Positions 20,777 through 31,230 of a DNA stretch of 64,000 nucleotides are shown one piece after another (position 1 is the stretch's first letter; each line of letters opens with the position of its first letter). Origin of the DNA: an uncultured Dialister sp. GTDB taxonomy: Bacteria; Bacillota; Negativicutes; Veillonellales; Dialisteraceae. The notes under the pieces were generated by a model. It saw only the letters and a list, made by a program, of their open reading frames with translations, did not search any database and had not been told where the DNA came from. The stretch spans positions 7,228 through 71,227 of the forward strand of contig UQRR01000002.1 of NCBI GenBank assembly GCA_900543455.1. Direction: 5' to 3'. Both the position numbers and the translations under genes were made by a program.

Positions 20777-22555
20777 TCATCGTCCCTCCTTGCTCCCGCA
20801 CAAATCCCATATACCTTTTTCCAGGAGGCTTCTGTTCCTGAACTTGACCAGGCTGAAACACTGCAACGCATAACCGTTTCCGGCGGCTGTGATATTTCCT
20901 TTGTCTATTATCACCAGGGAATAGTATGGCCGGCTGAGCATCACCGCATACCGGTCCTTGTCAAGACGGCACGCAATCATCTTCTCCCAGTTATAGAGAA
21001 AGACCGACCACCAGCTTGTGTCGTCAATTGTTACCACCTTTTCCCTGTCGGGCCCGATCAAAGTGAGTGCCTTGACGCCTAATAGCTGCGACTCGTCGTA
21101 AAGGTCAAGCATTACCTTGAACCCATTCCGGATGTCATACTCCTTCGGGAAGGGGTTCCTCACGAGGGTATCCTTCTCAGAGCTTACCGGCTCCATCTTC
21201 GCATCCCTGATTTCATTCCGGATTCTTTTCACGCGGCTGTCCCCTATAACAAGACCGGTATAAGCAATGGAATTAAGCGAGAGTATCACCCAGTTTTCAA
21301 AGCTTGCAATCTCAGCACTCGTTGACGCTCTTCCGGTATAACGCGTAGCGGCAAAGCGGTGGCCGGGAAGCGGATTAAACATGCTCATCTTCGGCTCAGG
21401 CTGCGGACCCAATTTAGCTACGGCACCGCCATAAAACGCACCTGATACGGAATGCGATACACTATAGGAATACTCGCCCTCCGTCCGTCCGATTCCTGTA
21501 ACCCTGCTTAGACTTACAGTGGTTGTGAAGAAATCTTTCACCATTTCCCTCGGCGTTTCTCCGGGATCTATACTTAAAAAAGACTTGTTTGTTTCCGTTT
21601 CAACGACCGGATACGCCAATGCGTAGGCAGAAATATATATATATCCCATGTAGCTCCCATCCGGATATATCTTAAGGTTACTTGCAGCTGCAGACATGCT
21701 TTTTAATACAGGCGCCGGCCTTGGTATTTTCCCAGCCTGGATGCGGTCATTCCTCCCATCCCAGTGAAAAATGAAAGTACGCCCGTCGCCGCGCCCGCCA
21801 TTCATATCATGGATCCTTGACGCACGAAAGAACGCCTCATTTCCTGCCTCCTTCATATACGGATCAAGTTCTATTGTCTGAGTTACCCTCCCGTTCCGCC
21901 GTAAAACCACAGTCCCCTTTGCCGACGAGGAAGGGGATGGCGTTGCTGTGTTTTTCTCACAACACATGCCGGATATTATCTTCACCTCTTTCGGCCCCTC
22001 AGTGCCATAATCGCCTGCCTCTTCAAAGAAAATACCCGCCTTGAATTGATAGGTTTCTGACTCTACGGTTCCTGCGTCGTACCGGGAGCCATTTTCCGAT
22101 TCGATCGTAAGAAGATCGCCATTTTCTGCAATGCAGGCATCCTCCGGCCTGAAATGTCCTAAAAAGCCTCCCGTGATGAGGTTGTACCAGGCGTACCCGT
22201 TTCCATTGCCATTTATACCGCCATAGGCATGTTCTTCATCTCCCACATATGCCAGAATCGGCTTGTCTTTATAAGTGAATGAGACAAAGTCCCCCAGTGT
22301 TCCATCCGCCTCAAGATCCATGACCTTGTAGGTGCCATCCTGGTAAGAGAAAAAGGGGACAGGGAGAACCGGTCCCGAATGCCCTGAGAATACAGGGGGC
22401 GTGTAGCCGGCTTCTCTGTGCCCATAAATCGTAGTGCCGTTCGTCCATACACAGTCCCCCGCCCGCGGATTGATGTCCCCCATCGTAACGAGCCTTCTTC
22501 CTCTGGCATCCCAGAACACTCCGTTCTCCCCTCGGACAATCTGTACACGTTCCAT
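20777..22555 (-). CDS. phage tail fiber / receptor-binding-type protein (unclassified)
   Basis: 592 aa at the distal end of the tail module. No family recognised. Confidence 0.4.
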   Translation of the reverse strand: MERVQIVRGENGVFWDARGRRLVTMGDINPRAGDCVWTNGTTIYGHREAGYTPPVFSGHSGPVLPVPFFSYQDGTYKVMDLEADGTLGDFVSFTYKDKPILAYVGDEEHAYGGINGNGNGYAWYNLITGGFLGHFRPEDACIAENGDLLTIESENGSRYDAGTVESETYQFKAGIFFEEAGDYGTEGPKEVKIISGMCCEKNTATPSPSSSAKGTVVLRRNGRVTQTIELDPYMKEAGNEAFFRASRIHDMNGGRGDGRTFIFHWDGRNDRIQAGKIPRPAPVLKSMSAAASNLKIYPDGSYMGYIYISAYALAYPVVETETNKSFLSIDPGETPREMVKDFFTTTVSLSRVTGIGRTEGEYSYSVSHSVSGAFYGGAVAKLGPQPEPKMSMFNPLPGHRFAATRYTGRASTSAEIASFENWVILSLNSIAYTGLVIGDSRVKRIRNEIRDAKMEPVSSEKDTLVRNPFPKEYDIRNGFKVMLDLYDESQLLGVKALTLIGPDREKVVTIDDTSWWSVFLYNWEKMIACRLDKDRYAVMLSRPYYSLVIIDKGNITAAGNGYALQCFSLVKFRNRSLLEKGIWDLCGSKEGR

Positions 22556-22565
22556 TTAGTCTCTC

Positions 22566-22814
22566 CTAAGCCCCAACAATCACGGCCTGGTTTCCGCATA
22601 GCTCGCACCAGACATACTGCCCGTTGTGGATGTTGATGTCTACGGCGAGCGTATACCGGTATCCCCGCCCGTTCACATACGCATAGTCCCCGGAAACCCG
22701 CGCCCGTAAAATGCCGGTGTCTTCTTTCCGCGCCCTTGCCTTATCTGTTTTCGATTGAAAATTTTTCTGCAGCAAGACTTCACGCAGCCCGGCGAGTCCA
22801 TACATCAGTACCAC
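22566..22814 (-). CDS. small phage protein, hypothetical
   Basis: 82-aa ORF in the tail module. Confidence 0.3.
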   Translation of the reverse strand: MVLMYGLAGLREVLLQKNFQSKTDKARARKEDTGILRARVSGDYAYVNGRGYRYTLAVDINIHNGQYVWCELCGNQAVIVGA

Positions 22815-24493
22815 CTCACAATCTCTATCGTCTGCTTCAATTCCGTAGGAGTCCGTATCACGCGGTTGGATTCCAGATAGTAGTCATGCCCCTCATAGCG
22901 GATCCTGTCCGTAAAGTCTATGAGATGCGGATACTGCCAGATGTCCATGGATATGCGTTCCTCCGTCTTTCTGTTCAGCCATTCGATGTCTTTGGTGAGC
23001 TGCTTCAAGAGCGCATCACCTTTGACAGGAAACTCCGTATCAAAAAGAGCAGCTCCTTCTGACGATACCCCGGAAGGATACTTCCCGCCGAGTCCCAGAT
23101 TTGACTGGTTCATGACATAGCGGTTGGCTCTGCCTCCCGGCTTGCCGTTTCCCACCGATGACCCCTGATAGACATCATCTACGTACACCCGCGTGCCATA
23201 CCATCCGTTTCCTATGTACGAATGGCGGGTTTCCCTTTTCGTCCACGCTATGGCTCCCTCGTCAGAAGCGCTGCTGCCCTTCTTTGGCTTTGCTGAGATT
23301 TCTGTTTCTTTCGCAAGAAATTTCTCCCCCGCCGCAGAGATGGAGTAGTCATAGGTAACCGTAATGGTTTCACCTTCCTTGGTACGAGTCACTTTCTTTC
23401 GAAGATAGTCATCGAAGTCATAGTCATAGGAAACTGTTTCGCCATTGTTTGACTCATAGACCAGAAGGCCGTATCGGTAGCTGCATGACGATCCGCTGAA
23501 ACTGATCGTTCCTGTAAACCCAAGGGGCTCTACAGTGATACTGCCTCCACGGGCGGTATGGCTACCTTTCCCCGACCAGACCGACCGCACGAGCTTCCTG
23601 TCAATGTCAGGCCTGCTGTGCTTCGTTCCCGTGATGTCTATCGTCCTTACCTCGTGCCCTCTCTGGATGATGCAGAGTGTATCGTTCCGTAAGAACACAT
23701 TGATCCACCTCTGCGGCAGGTTTCCCATCCATCCAAAGAGGCTACCGGCAAGATTCTGTATGGTAGCCCCGATTCCTTCATAGGTGGATTCCGGAGTGAA
23801 ATCGTCAATAGCAATAACCAGCTTCTTTTTCAAAATAGAAGCGATCTTCTCCGCATGGTCTTTGGCTGTCGCATTGGCTGTATGCAGCTGGTAATTGAAC
23901 GGCGTATAGAGGAGCTTATCCACGTCATACATCCCGGTGATGGTGCGCATAAGCCCGGTTCCGCCTGTTTCGTATACAAGAAAACGGTAAGGAAAATCCA
24001 ACAGTTTTCCTTCTATGACTGATTCAAGGGGAAGATCATAAGGCGTCACCATTTGGAAGGTATCGGACAATGTCCCACGTACCAGGCTGATGGAAATCTC
24101 CGATGGATTCAAACCTTTGGCGCTATAGGGAAGCCGCCGGACAGTATCACTGTCTGCCCGCTGTCGGCTTTTCACGAACATCTCCGTATCCGCCTGGTTC
24201 TCAAGCTGGTACACCAGGCGTCTTTTGGTATCCGCGTTCAAAAAGATGTGGTTTTGGGCCCGCCGGACAGTATCCGAATGGACATACGTCATCCCTATCG
24301 TGCCCACAATCTTTCTTGCCGTATCGGCATTCTGCTTTACCCATCCGGCGGCATTCCTGTCGGTATCGGCGTTGAGGGAAACCCTGATCCCAGGCTTATA
24401 GGTCACAAAGACTTCAAGGGGCGGGTCATGCCTCGATGTATCCGGCGGCTGATGCGTAACATACACATCAAGCGGCGATTTGGTGGCACTCAT
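22805..24493 (-). CDS. phage tail/baseplate structural protein (unclassified)
   Basis: 562 aa with NADT-containing repeats. Lies in the tail module. Confidence 0.4.
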   Translation of the reverse strand: MSATKSPLDVYVTHQPPDTSRHDPPLEVFVTYKPGIRVSLNADTDRNAAGWVKQNADTARKIVGTIGMTYVHSDTVRRAQNHIFLNADTKRRLVYQLENQADTEMFVKSRQRADSDTVRRLPYSAKGLNPSEISISLVRGTLSDTFQMVTPYDLPLESVIEGKLLDFPYRFLVYETGGTGLMRTITGMYDVDKLLYTPFNYQLHTANATAKDHAEKIASILKKKLVIAIDDFTPESTYEGIGATIQNLAGSLFGWMGNLPQRWINVFLRNDTLCIIQRGHEVRTIDITGTKHSRPDIDRKLVRSVWSGKGSHTARGGSITVEPLGFTGTISFSGSSCSYRYGLLVYESNNGETVSYDYDFDDYLRKKVTRTKEGETITVTYDYSISAAGEKFLAKETEISAKPKKGSSASDEGAIAWTKRETRHSYIGNGWYGTRVYVDDVYQGSSVGNGKPGGRANRYVMNQSNLGLGGKYPSGVSSEGAALFDTEFPVKGDALLKQLTKDIEWLNRKTEERISMDIWQYPHLIDFTDRIRYEGHDYYLESNRVIRTPTELKQTIEIVRWY

Positions 24494-24497
24494 AGGA

Positions 24498-25382
24498 TCA
24501 CACTTTCGCTGATTTCAAACTGAAGCTCGCAGCCTTCACTTCATCCAGAGTCATATCCTTGATGTACGACATGCCGTAGACCATGCTGGCCCCAGAGATT
24601 TTCTGCGTGCTGCTGTACACATCCTTCTTACCGTCATTCACGGTGCCTGTCAGCGCGTTGACCTTGTCCGAGTTGAAATGGATATCCCTTGCAGAAAGTG
24701 TGACGCCAGTGATGCAGATGCTTTCACTTCTGGCCAGGATTTTCTTTTCCAGGTCATCCGTATCAATTTTCTGCGTCAGCACCTGATTGACATCGGAGGC
24801 CTCTGCCTGCGCCGCCCCGATGCCCTTCCACGTACCCTCCGGTTCTGTCAGCCTGGCTGTCACAACTTCTTCATGGCTGATGTCATAGTCGGCAATAATC
24901 ACATTGAAGAAATAGTTCTTCCCGCTTTCTGTTTTCAGCCATACTCCATTAAACGGCTTTCCATCATAGCAGTTGCCCTGGCGGACAGCCACCTTGTCCC
25001 CGTTCATCCAGACCTCGATGATGCCGTCATTAACGCCGGATCGCACATGCATGATGAAATCAATCGATGCCCTGTCTGCATACTTGGTGGTAAAATCTTT
25101 TTCATTCCCGCTGAAAAAGACCTTGATGTAATCGCTTTTATCCAGGCGTACCCCCGTCGGCCATCCCGTCCCCGTCACTGAAATGATCCCGGAAACATAC
25201 GCCCTCTCCATAGAGAGCTTAATCCACACGTTGGTAAGGGGCTCCGGAAAGGTGACCGATCGGTCATCGCTGTTATTGAAAAATGCCACCCCGTTTACCG
25301 CATTGATTTTTGTATCGTTTACAGTTGTACCGGCACGGTCCAGTAATTCTCCGTAGCCGGGATTCACATACTTGTAAGCCAT
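24498..25382 (-). CDS. phage tail protein, hypothetical
   Basis: 294-aa ORF in the tail module. Confidence 0.35.
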   Translation of the reverse strand: MAYKYVNPGYGELLDRAGTTVNDTKINAVNGVAFFNNSDDRSVTFPEPLTNVWIKLSMERAYVSGIISVTGTGWPTGVRLDKSDYIKVFFSGNEKDFTTKYADRASIDFIMHVRSGVNDGIIEVWMNGDKVAVRQGNCYDGKPFNGVWLKTESGKNYFFNVIIADYDISHEEVVTARLTEPEGTWKGIGAAQAEASDVNQVLTQKIDTDDLEKKILARSESICITGVTLSARDIHFNSDKVNALTGTVNDGKKDVYSSTQKISGASMVYGMSYIKDMTLDEVKAASFSLKSAKV

Positions 25383-25394
25383 ATCTTTTCCCCC

Positions 25395-26171
25395 TTAGAC
25401 CGCCTGCACCACGACTTCCGTATGGATGACCGTGCTGCTGTCCCTTTCAGGCGCTTCTTCCGAAGACGAGCTGACCTTGATCCAGAAGATGACATTCTTA
25501 TCCCGTATGATATCCGTAATGCTGATCTGGCTCCCCCAGACGCCCTGCTGAGCCATCTGCTCAGGAACCGCGGCAAAGCTCGAGCGCGAATCCGTCTGCG
25601 AGCAGGAAAGAGTGGCAGTCTTGGCATCAGATCCGCTGCCGGGGCCTGTGATATTTTTGATGTAAGGCGTATGGCCGCCTCCCGGGTAAATTTCAGTGAT
25701 GGTAATCAACGCACCGGATACAGTTGTCGTAAACTGCTCTGATCTTGCCTTGATGGCCGCCGCGATATTGCCGGCCGTCGCTTCAATACTGCTCCCGACA
25801 GAAAAATCCGTCCCTGCCGTCAGCGCTACGTCGCCTACGGTGATCGTATCCCCCGGCGAGGCATTGGCCGTGACCTTGATGACAACCTGCCCGGAAATCG
25901 ATAGATCCTTCGCCACCTGCCAGCGCCCTACATTGCCGCCAGTCGGCGTATAATTTGTCCCATCATAGTGATAGGGCTGGATAAACGAGGTACCGCTGCT
26001 CTCATAGCCTTTCTCGCACCGGATGGCGCACTTGATGACCTTCGATTCATTCTTCGTCGCATCCAGCGTCACGGAAATAGGCGCCGTCATGAGACCGTTT
26101 TCCGAAACTACAGTCCCGTCCTGAAGCCCTGACGTCGGGCTATCCGTATAAATGTGATAATAGTTTGCCAT
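25395..26171 (-). CDS. phage minor tail protein, hypothetical
   Basis: 258-aa ORF downstream of the tape measure gene. Confidence 0.35.
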   Translation of the reverse strand: MANYYHIYTDSPTSGLQDGTVVSENGLMTAPISVTLDATKNESKVIKCAIRCEKGYESSGTSFIQPYHYDGTNYTPTGGNVGRWQVAKDLSISGQVVIKVTANASPGDTITVGDVALTAGTDFSVGSSIEATAGNIAAAIKARSEQFTTTVSGALITITEIYPGGGHTPYIKNITGPGSGSDAKTATLSCSQTDSRSSFAAVPEQMAQQGVWGSQISITDIIRDKNVIFWIKVSSSSEEAPERDSSTVIHTEVVVQAV

Positions 26172-26183
26172 GCTGCATTCTCC

Positions 26184-26528
26184 TTATGCTCCCCAGAACT
26201 CAAGCTCCAGCCTGTGATAGCTTTCGTGATATTCGATGTAGCTGTCCTTTTTGATGACGACCCTCATGTTCTCCCAGGTATTCCCCGCATGATCAATGAC
26301 GGTGACTTTTGTTCTCTGCACCCAGTAGTTGTACACTTTTTCATAGTCTCTGTATGCCAGGATGACCGTGCAGCTGATCACATCCCCGGTATCCACATGC
26401 CCGTAGTCTTCCACGACCACGCCGTCTATCGTCTGGTGCTTTTCCTGCCGGTCGTCCGGCGTAATGCTCCAGTCCTCCGGCCGCCGGAAAGCCGCTGCAT
26501 CCCCGATCCTAAGTTTCAGTGCCATCAT
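26184..26528 (-). CDS. phage minor tail protein (gpM-like position)
   Basis: 114-aa ORF immediately after the tape measure gene. Overlaps it by 4 nt. Confidence 0.35.
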   Translation of the reverse strand: MMALKLRIGDAAAFRRPEDWSITPDDRQEKHQTIDGVVVEDYGHVDTGDVISCTVILAYRDYEKVYNYWVQRTKVTVIDHAGNTWENMRVVIKKDSYIEYHESYHRLELEFWGA

Positions 26529-28852
26529 GCACCTCCGTAAGCAAGCTGCGATCTTCTCGCAGCATCGGCGTATACAACCTTGATCCGGTCAGCCACATTG
26601 TCCGCCATCTTCTTCATCCCGCTCTCATCCATGTAGGTACCGCCCTGGATGGTAACATTGGCAGTAAATCCCGGAATGTCACGGTTAAGTTCGCTCCCGC
26701 GGTAAACAGGAATGGTGTTCTCCCCCAGGCGCTTTGCCCAGAGGTCGGTTTCAAGCCCCGGCACCAGATTGTTCTTGACGCTGTTCATAAGCTCGGCAAA
26801 CCGGGAGACTTCTTCCGGGCTTGTCATGTCATTCTGGATGCCGTACTTTTTACGCATCGCCATAAGGACTGCCATTTTCGCATTGTTCATCCTGGTCTGC
26901 GTATCGCCCTCCCCCGCCATGGCCTGTCTCATGATTTCAAGGTACTGGCGGTTCTCCTTCAGCATGGAAAGAGCCTCCTGCTGCCTTGCCTTCGTTTTCT
27001 CGCGTTCTGCCCAGCGGGTGGCCGTGACTTCATCCACCCCTTTCTGGATCCATGCTTTCTTCTCGCGGTCTATATCATCCAGACGGTTCTGCAGTTCAGA
27101 CTTCCACGATTTGTTAATCTGGGAAAGCGCCCCTTCATTGAAGTCCCTCATGACCTTGGCTTTGGCCGCTTCCGTGTATCTTACGATGTCGGCTTCCTTA
27201 GCTCCTTCGGATTTCAGCTTCTCCGCTTTGAGGTCAATATCATGAAGCTGGTTCTCAAGGTCGCTGTGCGTCAGCTTGTAGATTTCATTCGTGAGGCCTG
27301 CCCCGCCGCCGGACGCTGCCTTCTTCGCCTTCGCCATGGCGTCTTCTACCTTGCGGCGGGTTTCCTCAGCGGACTGGGACGCATCGCTTTTCTTTGCTTC
27401 CTGCTCTTTAGGCTTTTCTGCATCCTTTGGCATGTAGTCAGCCATCGCCCAATTCCAGAGCCTGCTGATGCCGTCTGCAAGAGCTGTATCTCCCAGTGTC
27501 TCTTTCATATCCGCCAGGGTTTCCCGGCAGTCCTTGATCGCAGCTTTGACGAAATTCGCAACGGCTCCGGCATTCTTCATGTTGATGCCAAGACCATCAA
27601 AGGCTTCGCCTGCGAGCTTGCAGGCATCTACCGCAACACCCCCGATGCTTCCGATGGTCTTTACCACAGACTCTATATCCGACTTGTTGTCCTTGATACC
27701 CTTCACGAGTGTTTCAATGGCTTCATTGATGTCCGGCATGAGATCGGATACAACAGGCATGAAGGCTGCCCCGATAGCCCCCGAGAGCTGTCCCATGGAG
27801 ACTTTCATCTCGTTCCATTCCATATTCATTCTGTGCGCTTCATCCGGGTTGAGAAGCCCAGTGGTAGGTATTTTGGCTGCGCGTTCCTGGAGCTCTGCCA
27901 TGTCTTTCAGGACAGGCACAAGCTCGGCGCCGCGGGCGCCCAGAAGCTGCGAAACGAACTCACTTTCAAGTCCGGCCGCTGCGGCATTCCTGTAGCCTTT
28001 GGCAAGGGCAGTCAGCTGCTGATTGACCGGGAGCAGGTTTCCGGCAGAATCCTTCATCACGACACCAAAGGCAGACAGAAGCCGCGTTGTATCATTGCCG
28101 TCTTCCCCTGCACTCTGGATAGCCTTGTCCAGACGGATGATGGCAGGAACGGCAGCCCTTGCATCCGCTCCTGCCAGTTTGAAGACCATGTTCATTCTGG
28201 CGGCTTCTGCATTCGTGGTATGCATCCTCTGCGCAAGACCATAAATGTTGTTTCCGGCGGTCATGGCACTCTTGGCCATGGCGATAAGCCCTGCACTGAC
28301 CGCTGTCGTGACGCCGACCGCTTTTCCGATGGGGCCGGACATGAAGCCAAGAAGGCCAAGATCGCCCGCCCCCTGTGCCAGGACCGACATGGCGCCTGCA
28401 CCATTGGCAACGCTGTTTACCATACGGCCGGCAATCGAAGTCTGCGCGGAACGTTCCTTTCTTACCGCGCGCAGCTGTACCTCCAGGTTGGCATAGGCCT
28501 TCCTTTCATTGAGAAGCCGCGTTTCGAGGCGGGCACTCGCTGCGCTGTCGGCGCCTTTTGCCTGTACCATCTCCCGGTAAGCCGCCGCAACCAGCCTGAT
28601 TTTCTGCCGCTGGAGGTCAAGCTGGCGGATAAGCGCCTGCTCCCTTGTATCTATGGAGCGGGCTTTATCCTTGGCTCCGTCCAGCTTGGAAAGGTCGATG
28701 TCCGCCTCAATGCGGATCTTTTTGTTCTCATGGTTGATCCGGCTGATCGCCTGGTCTACCGTCTTTCCTGCCAGGGCAAAGTCGCTTGAAAGGGACGACA
28801 GGTCAAGCCCCAGCTTGGTATAGAGCGCTGCCACAGTTTCTCCCTTTGCCAC
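26525..28852 (-). CDS. phage tail tape measure protein
   Basis: 775 aa with coiled-coil Ala/Gln/Lys-rich repeats and glycine-rich segments. Lies downstream of the chaperone pair. Confidence 0.8.
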   Translation of the reverse strand: MAKGETVAALYTKLGLDLSSLSSDFALAGKTVDQAISRINHENKKIRIEADIDLSKLDGAKDKARSIDTREQALIRQLDLQRQKIRLVAAAYREMVQAKGADSAASARLETRLLNERKAYANLEVQLRAVRKERSAQTSIAGRMVNSVANGAGAMSVLAQGAGDLGLLGFMSGPIGKAVGVTTAVSAGLIAMAKSAMTAGNNIYGLAQRMHTTNAEAARMNMVFKLAGADARAAVPAIIRLDKAIQSAGEDGNDTTRLLSAFGVVMKDSAGNLLPVNQQLTALAKGYRNAAAAGLESEFVSQLLGARGAELVPVLKDMAELQERAAKIPTTGLLNPDEAHRMNMEWNEMKVSMGQLSGAIGAAFMPVVSDLMPDINEAIETLVKGIKDNKSDIESVVKTIGSIGGVAVDACKLAGEAFDGLGINMKNAGAVANFVKAAIKDCRETLADMKETLGDTALADGISRLWNWAMADYMPKDAEKPKEQEAKKSDASQSAEETRRKVEDAMAKAKKAASGGGAGLTNEIYKLTHSDLENQLHDIDLKAEKLKSEGAKEADIVRYTEAAKAKVMRDFNEGALSQINKSWKSELQNRLDDIDREKKAWIQKGVDEVTATRWAEREKTKARQQEALSMLKENRQYLEIMRQAMAGEGDTQTRMNNAKMAVLMAMRKKYGIQNDMTSPEEVSRFAELMNSVKNNLVPGLETDLWAKRLGENTIPVYRGSELNRDIPGFTANVTIQGGTYMDESGMKKMADNVADRIKVVYADAARRSQLAYGGA

Positions 28853-28868
28853 AGTCTCTCCCCCTTAC

Positions 28869-29117
28869 CTAGAAAAAGCCCGCCTGGTCAATCGGTGTCA
28901 GGCGGGGCGAATTTTCAATCTTTTCTTTGATAACAATGAGGCTCAAAGCATAAAGCAGGTCCGTGTCCATCAGCTCGCTTTCCGTCCAGTGGTAGCGGGC
29001 ATGAAGAAACTCCAGCCATCCCAATACGGCTTCCATCGGGGCAAGCGTCAGTCCGCCTGCCCCGCTTCCCCGTTTGGGATTTCTGCCATCTTCTGGTTTA
29101 CGAGAGAAACGATCCAT
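28869..29117 (-). CDS. gpT-like extension: -1 frame segment of the gpGT-like frameshift fusion, joined to 29048-29356 by a -1 programmed frameshift
   Basis: This ORF is in the -1 frame relative to the upstream chaperone. This is the canonical arrangement before a tape measure gene. Confidence 0.55.
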   Translation of the reverse strand: MDRFSRKPEDGRNPKRGSGAGGLTLAPMEAVLGWLEFLHARYHWTESELMDTDLLYALSLIVIKEKIENSPRLTPIDQAGFF

Positions 29118-29356
29118 TGAAAAATTTCCTGGTACAGCGGACGGATGCGGGTAATCGGAAGCTCATCCTCGATGACCTTGGCCGTCACTGGCGCATCAAA
29201 AACGCTCGCAATGAGCTCGGCCATCCTATCCAGGAACTCCTCCGCCGGAATCTCCCCTGTGCCTGTTTCAAAGGCCATGAAATCACGCCATGCCCTGACT
29301 TTAGGTATCTTCGCTTTGTATGTCTTCCCGCCGATCACAATCGTTGGTCTGTTCAT
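29048..29356 (-). CDS. tail assembly chaperone (gpG-like)
   Basis: 102 aa. Overlaps the next ORF by 70 nt and contains the slippery heptamer C CCA AAC at 29078-29072. Confidence 0.6.
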   Translation of the reverse strand: MNRPTIVIGGKTYKAKIPKVRAWRDFMAFETGTGEIPAEEFLDRMAELIASVFDAPVTAKVIEDELPITRIRPLYQEIFQWIVSLVNQKMAEIPNGEAGQAD

Positions 29357-29373
29357 CTATGTATCCTCCCTTA

Positions 29374-29943
29374 TCAGGTTTCTGTTGCTTCCACGCTCTC
29401 ATACCATTTGGTACCCGTGGTATTCTCGAATCCCTCTGCATCTTCATCGGCGACGCGCTTCCAAGCATTGTCATATTCTCTTACAACAAAGTGGCCGACG
29501 AGCTTTGGTGTATTCCAGTGGACGGAGCTGTCCTTCCCCTGGAAATTATCCTCGGGCTCGGCAAACTTCCCCTTGAGAAGTTTTACATAGCGCTTCTTCG
29601 TATTGGACTTCACCGATTCGAAGAGGATTGCCACATACGGTGCTTCATCCGTCGACTTGTACTCCATCACGCCCTTTTCCACGGTGTGTCCCAGAAGCGC
29701 TCCCAGGTCCTTTACGGAAACCTGCGCCGTTTCAATAGTGACCTCGATATCCCCGAGATAAGAAGCAATGTCAAAAGGGGCATCATCCCCGTAAAGGGTA
29801 TTCACCCCGGACGACGGCTTCACGTCGATTGTCTTGACACCTGCAATGCTGACAGGCGTTTCATAGGTCACTCCTGTGCTGTCATCAGTCTTTAGTACGG
29901 CATAGTGCAGGTTTCGCACGCCGATCAGTACTCCCTTGCTCAT
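29374..29943 (-). CDS. phage major tail protein (phi13/TP901-1-like)
   Basis: MSKGVLIGVRNLHYAVLKTDDSTGVTYETPVSIAGVKTIDVKPS... matches the phage major tail protein family. Confidence 0.65.
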   Translation of the reverse strand: MSKGVLIGVRNLHYAVLKTDDSTGVTYETPVSIAGVKTIDVKPSSGVNTLYGDDAPFDIASYLGDIEVTIETAQVSVKDLGALLGHTVEKGVMEYKSTDEAPYVAILFESVKSNTKKRYVKLLKGKFAEPEDNFQGKDSSVHWNTPKLVGHFVVREYDNAWKRVADEDAEGFENTTGTKWYESVEATET

Positions 29944-30310
29944 CTGTTTTTTCCTCACTTTCTGCAATAACAAACCGGAGCGCCGATACACGGATCTTCC
30001 CGTCCATCATCCGCTCTGTACTAATCCTCGTCCATCCGAGGTTCTCCATAATTTCACGCACCCGCTGGATAACCGGCATGTCCGATCCATCCTCGGATAG
30101 CACAGAGAGCTGCACAGTGACACGCCTTGCCAGCTCCTGGTCATCCCCAAAGAGATGGGGCACATCGGAAATCACCTGGAAGCAGAGAACGGGATAGCGC
30201 CCTGAGTAGGACGTCATGTCCTGCCGGATGCTTTTCTCTCCCTCTGCCAGAAGCGACGTCAGCTCTGTGTCGGCTCTCAGTGTAAAGAACACTTGTTCAA
30301 TTAGATCCAT
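29885..30310 (-). CDS. phage tail completion / neck protein, hypothetical
   Basis: 141-aa ORF between the gp10-like gene and the major tail gene. Confidence 0.35.
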   Translation of the reverse strand: MDLIEQVFFTLRADTELTSLLAEGEKSIRQDMTSYSGRYPVLCFQVISDVPHLFGDDQELARRVTVQLSVLSEDGSDMPVIQRVREIMENLGWTRISTERMMDGKIRVSALRFVIAESEEKTDEQGSTDRRAKPALCRTKD

Positions 30311-30680
30311 TTTTGATTCCTTTCGATATCGCCTTTCTCAAGGCTGCCTTGAGTGCTTCGCGATAGCTTTCCCGGTGTGCATCCATGGCCGGATAGAAAA
30401 ATGGCTTGTTGATCCTCGGGGAGAACTCAACAAACCGTCCGTATTTCACACCGTTCTTTGGATTTGGCGCATCCGCCAAAATTTCGATTGCCGTCTTATT
30501 CTTGTTCCACCGCCAATGGATAGAATCCCGAAGGCGCCCCGTCCTTACAGGCACCCTCGACTTCATATCCTGGACGATTCTGTCCGCTTCGATTTCCATC
30601 TGCCGCCGGAGCGTCTCTACCACTTCCGTGCCATACATTTCTTCCAAAGCAGCAAAGTTGATATATCTCCCTTTTGGCAT
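30297..30680 (-). CDS. HK97 gp10-family phage protein
   Basis: 127 aa with the motif ...VPVRTGRLRDSIHW. Confidence 0.65.
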   Translation of the reverse strand: MPKGRYINFAALEEMYGTEVVETLRRQMEIEADRIVQDMKSRVPVRTGRLRDSIHWRWNKNKTAIEILADAPNPKNGVKYGRFVEFSPRINKPFFYPAMDAHRESYREALKAALRKAISKGIKNGSN

Positions 30681-30688
30681 ACATCACC

Positions 30689-31060
30689 TCAAAGATTGGT
30701 GTCTTCAGTCACGCACTCCATGTAGGTCAGCTTGTGCCTTCCACAGGCATCGACGGGCGTCCCCATGCACTTAAAGACAGAGCCGTTCACTTTGAAGCGG
30801 CTCGCCGGGCTAAGATCCCGCCGATAGCGCACCACTATAAGCACTTTCCTTATGATGTGCGACTCGGCTGTGGTTTCATACATCTCCGATGCATGATTCT
30901 CGACATACGCCCAGACTGTGCTGCCTTCCTTGTAGGTGATACGCTCATTACCGTAGGAGTCGATATCACCGGAAGGAATCAGGATCGTGACGCGCTGGCG
31001 AAGATTGCCGGCCGTGACTGCCTGCAAGATCCGTTCTTCTGTCGTCATTTCATGCGCCAC
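30689..31060 (-). CDS. phage head-tail adaptor (head closure) protein
   Basis: 123 aa, positioned between the capsid gene and the gp10-like gene. Confidence 0.5.
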   Translation of the reverse strand: MAHEMTTEERILQAVTAGNLRQRVTILIPSGDIDSYGNERITYKEGSTVWAYVENHASEMYETTAESHIIRKVLIVVRYRRDLSPASRFKVNGSVFKCMGTPVDACGRHKLTYMECVTEDTNL

Positions 31061-31230
31061 CTTTCCAATAAGAAAGCTGTGTGATCATGGACCTAACTGG
31101 ATAGCTGTAATTCATTTCCACCTCTGCGAAGCTGCCACTCTTTACCCCGCCAAGCTCATCTCGCTCCGGGGCCATAGGCTTCAAGAGCGTGACTTTATGT
31201 GTGAACCGTCCCGGATTTCTCTTGAACACT

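Noticed and set aside
26519-28789. 756-aa plus-strand ORF
   Set aside because: Antisense shadow of the tape measure gene. Low-complexity Arg/Leu/His-rich translation with no RBS context. The same applies to other long antisense ORFs: 1604-2380, 3426-4352, 5712-6692, 10005-11198, 13845-15116, 15544-16488, 31189-32331 and 41139-42266.
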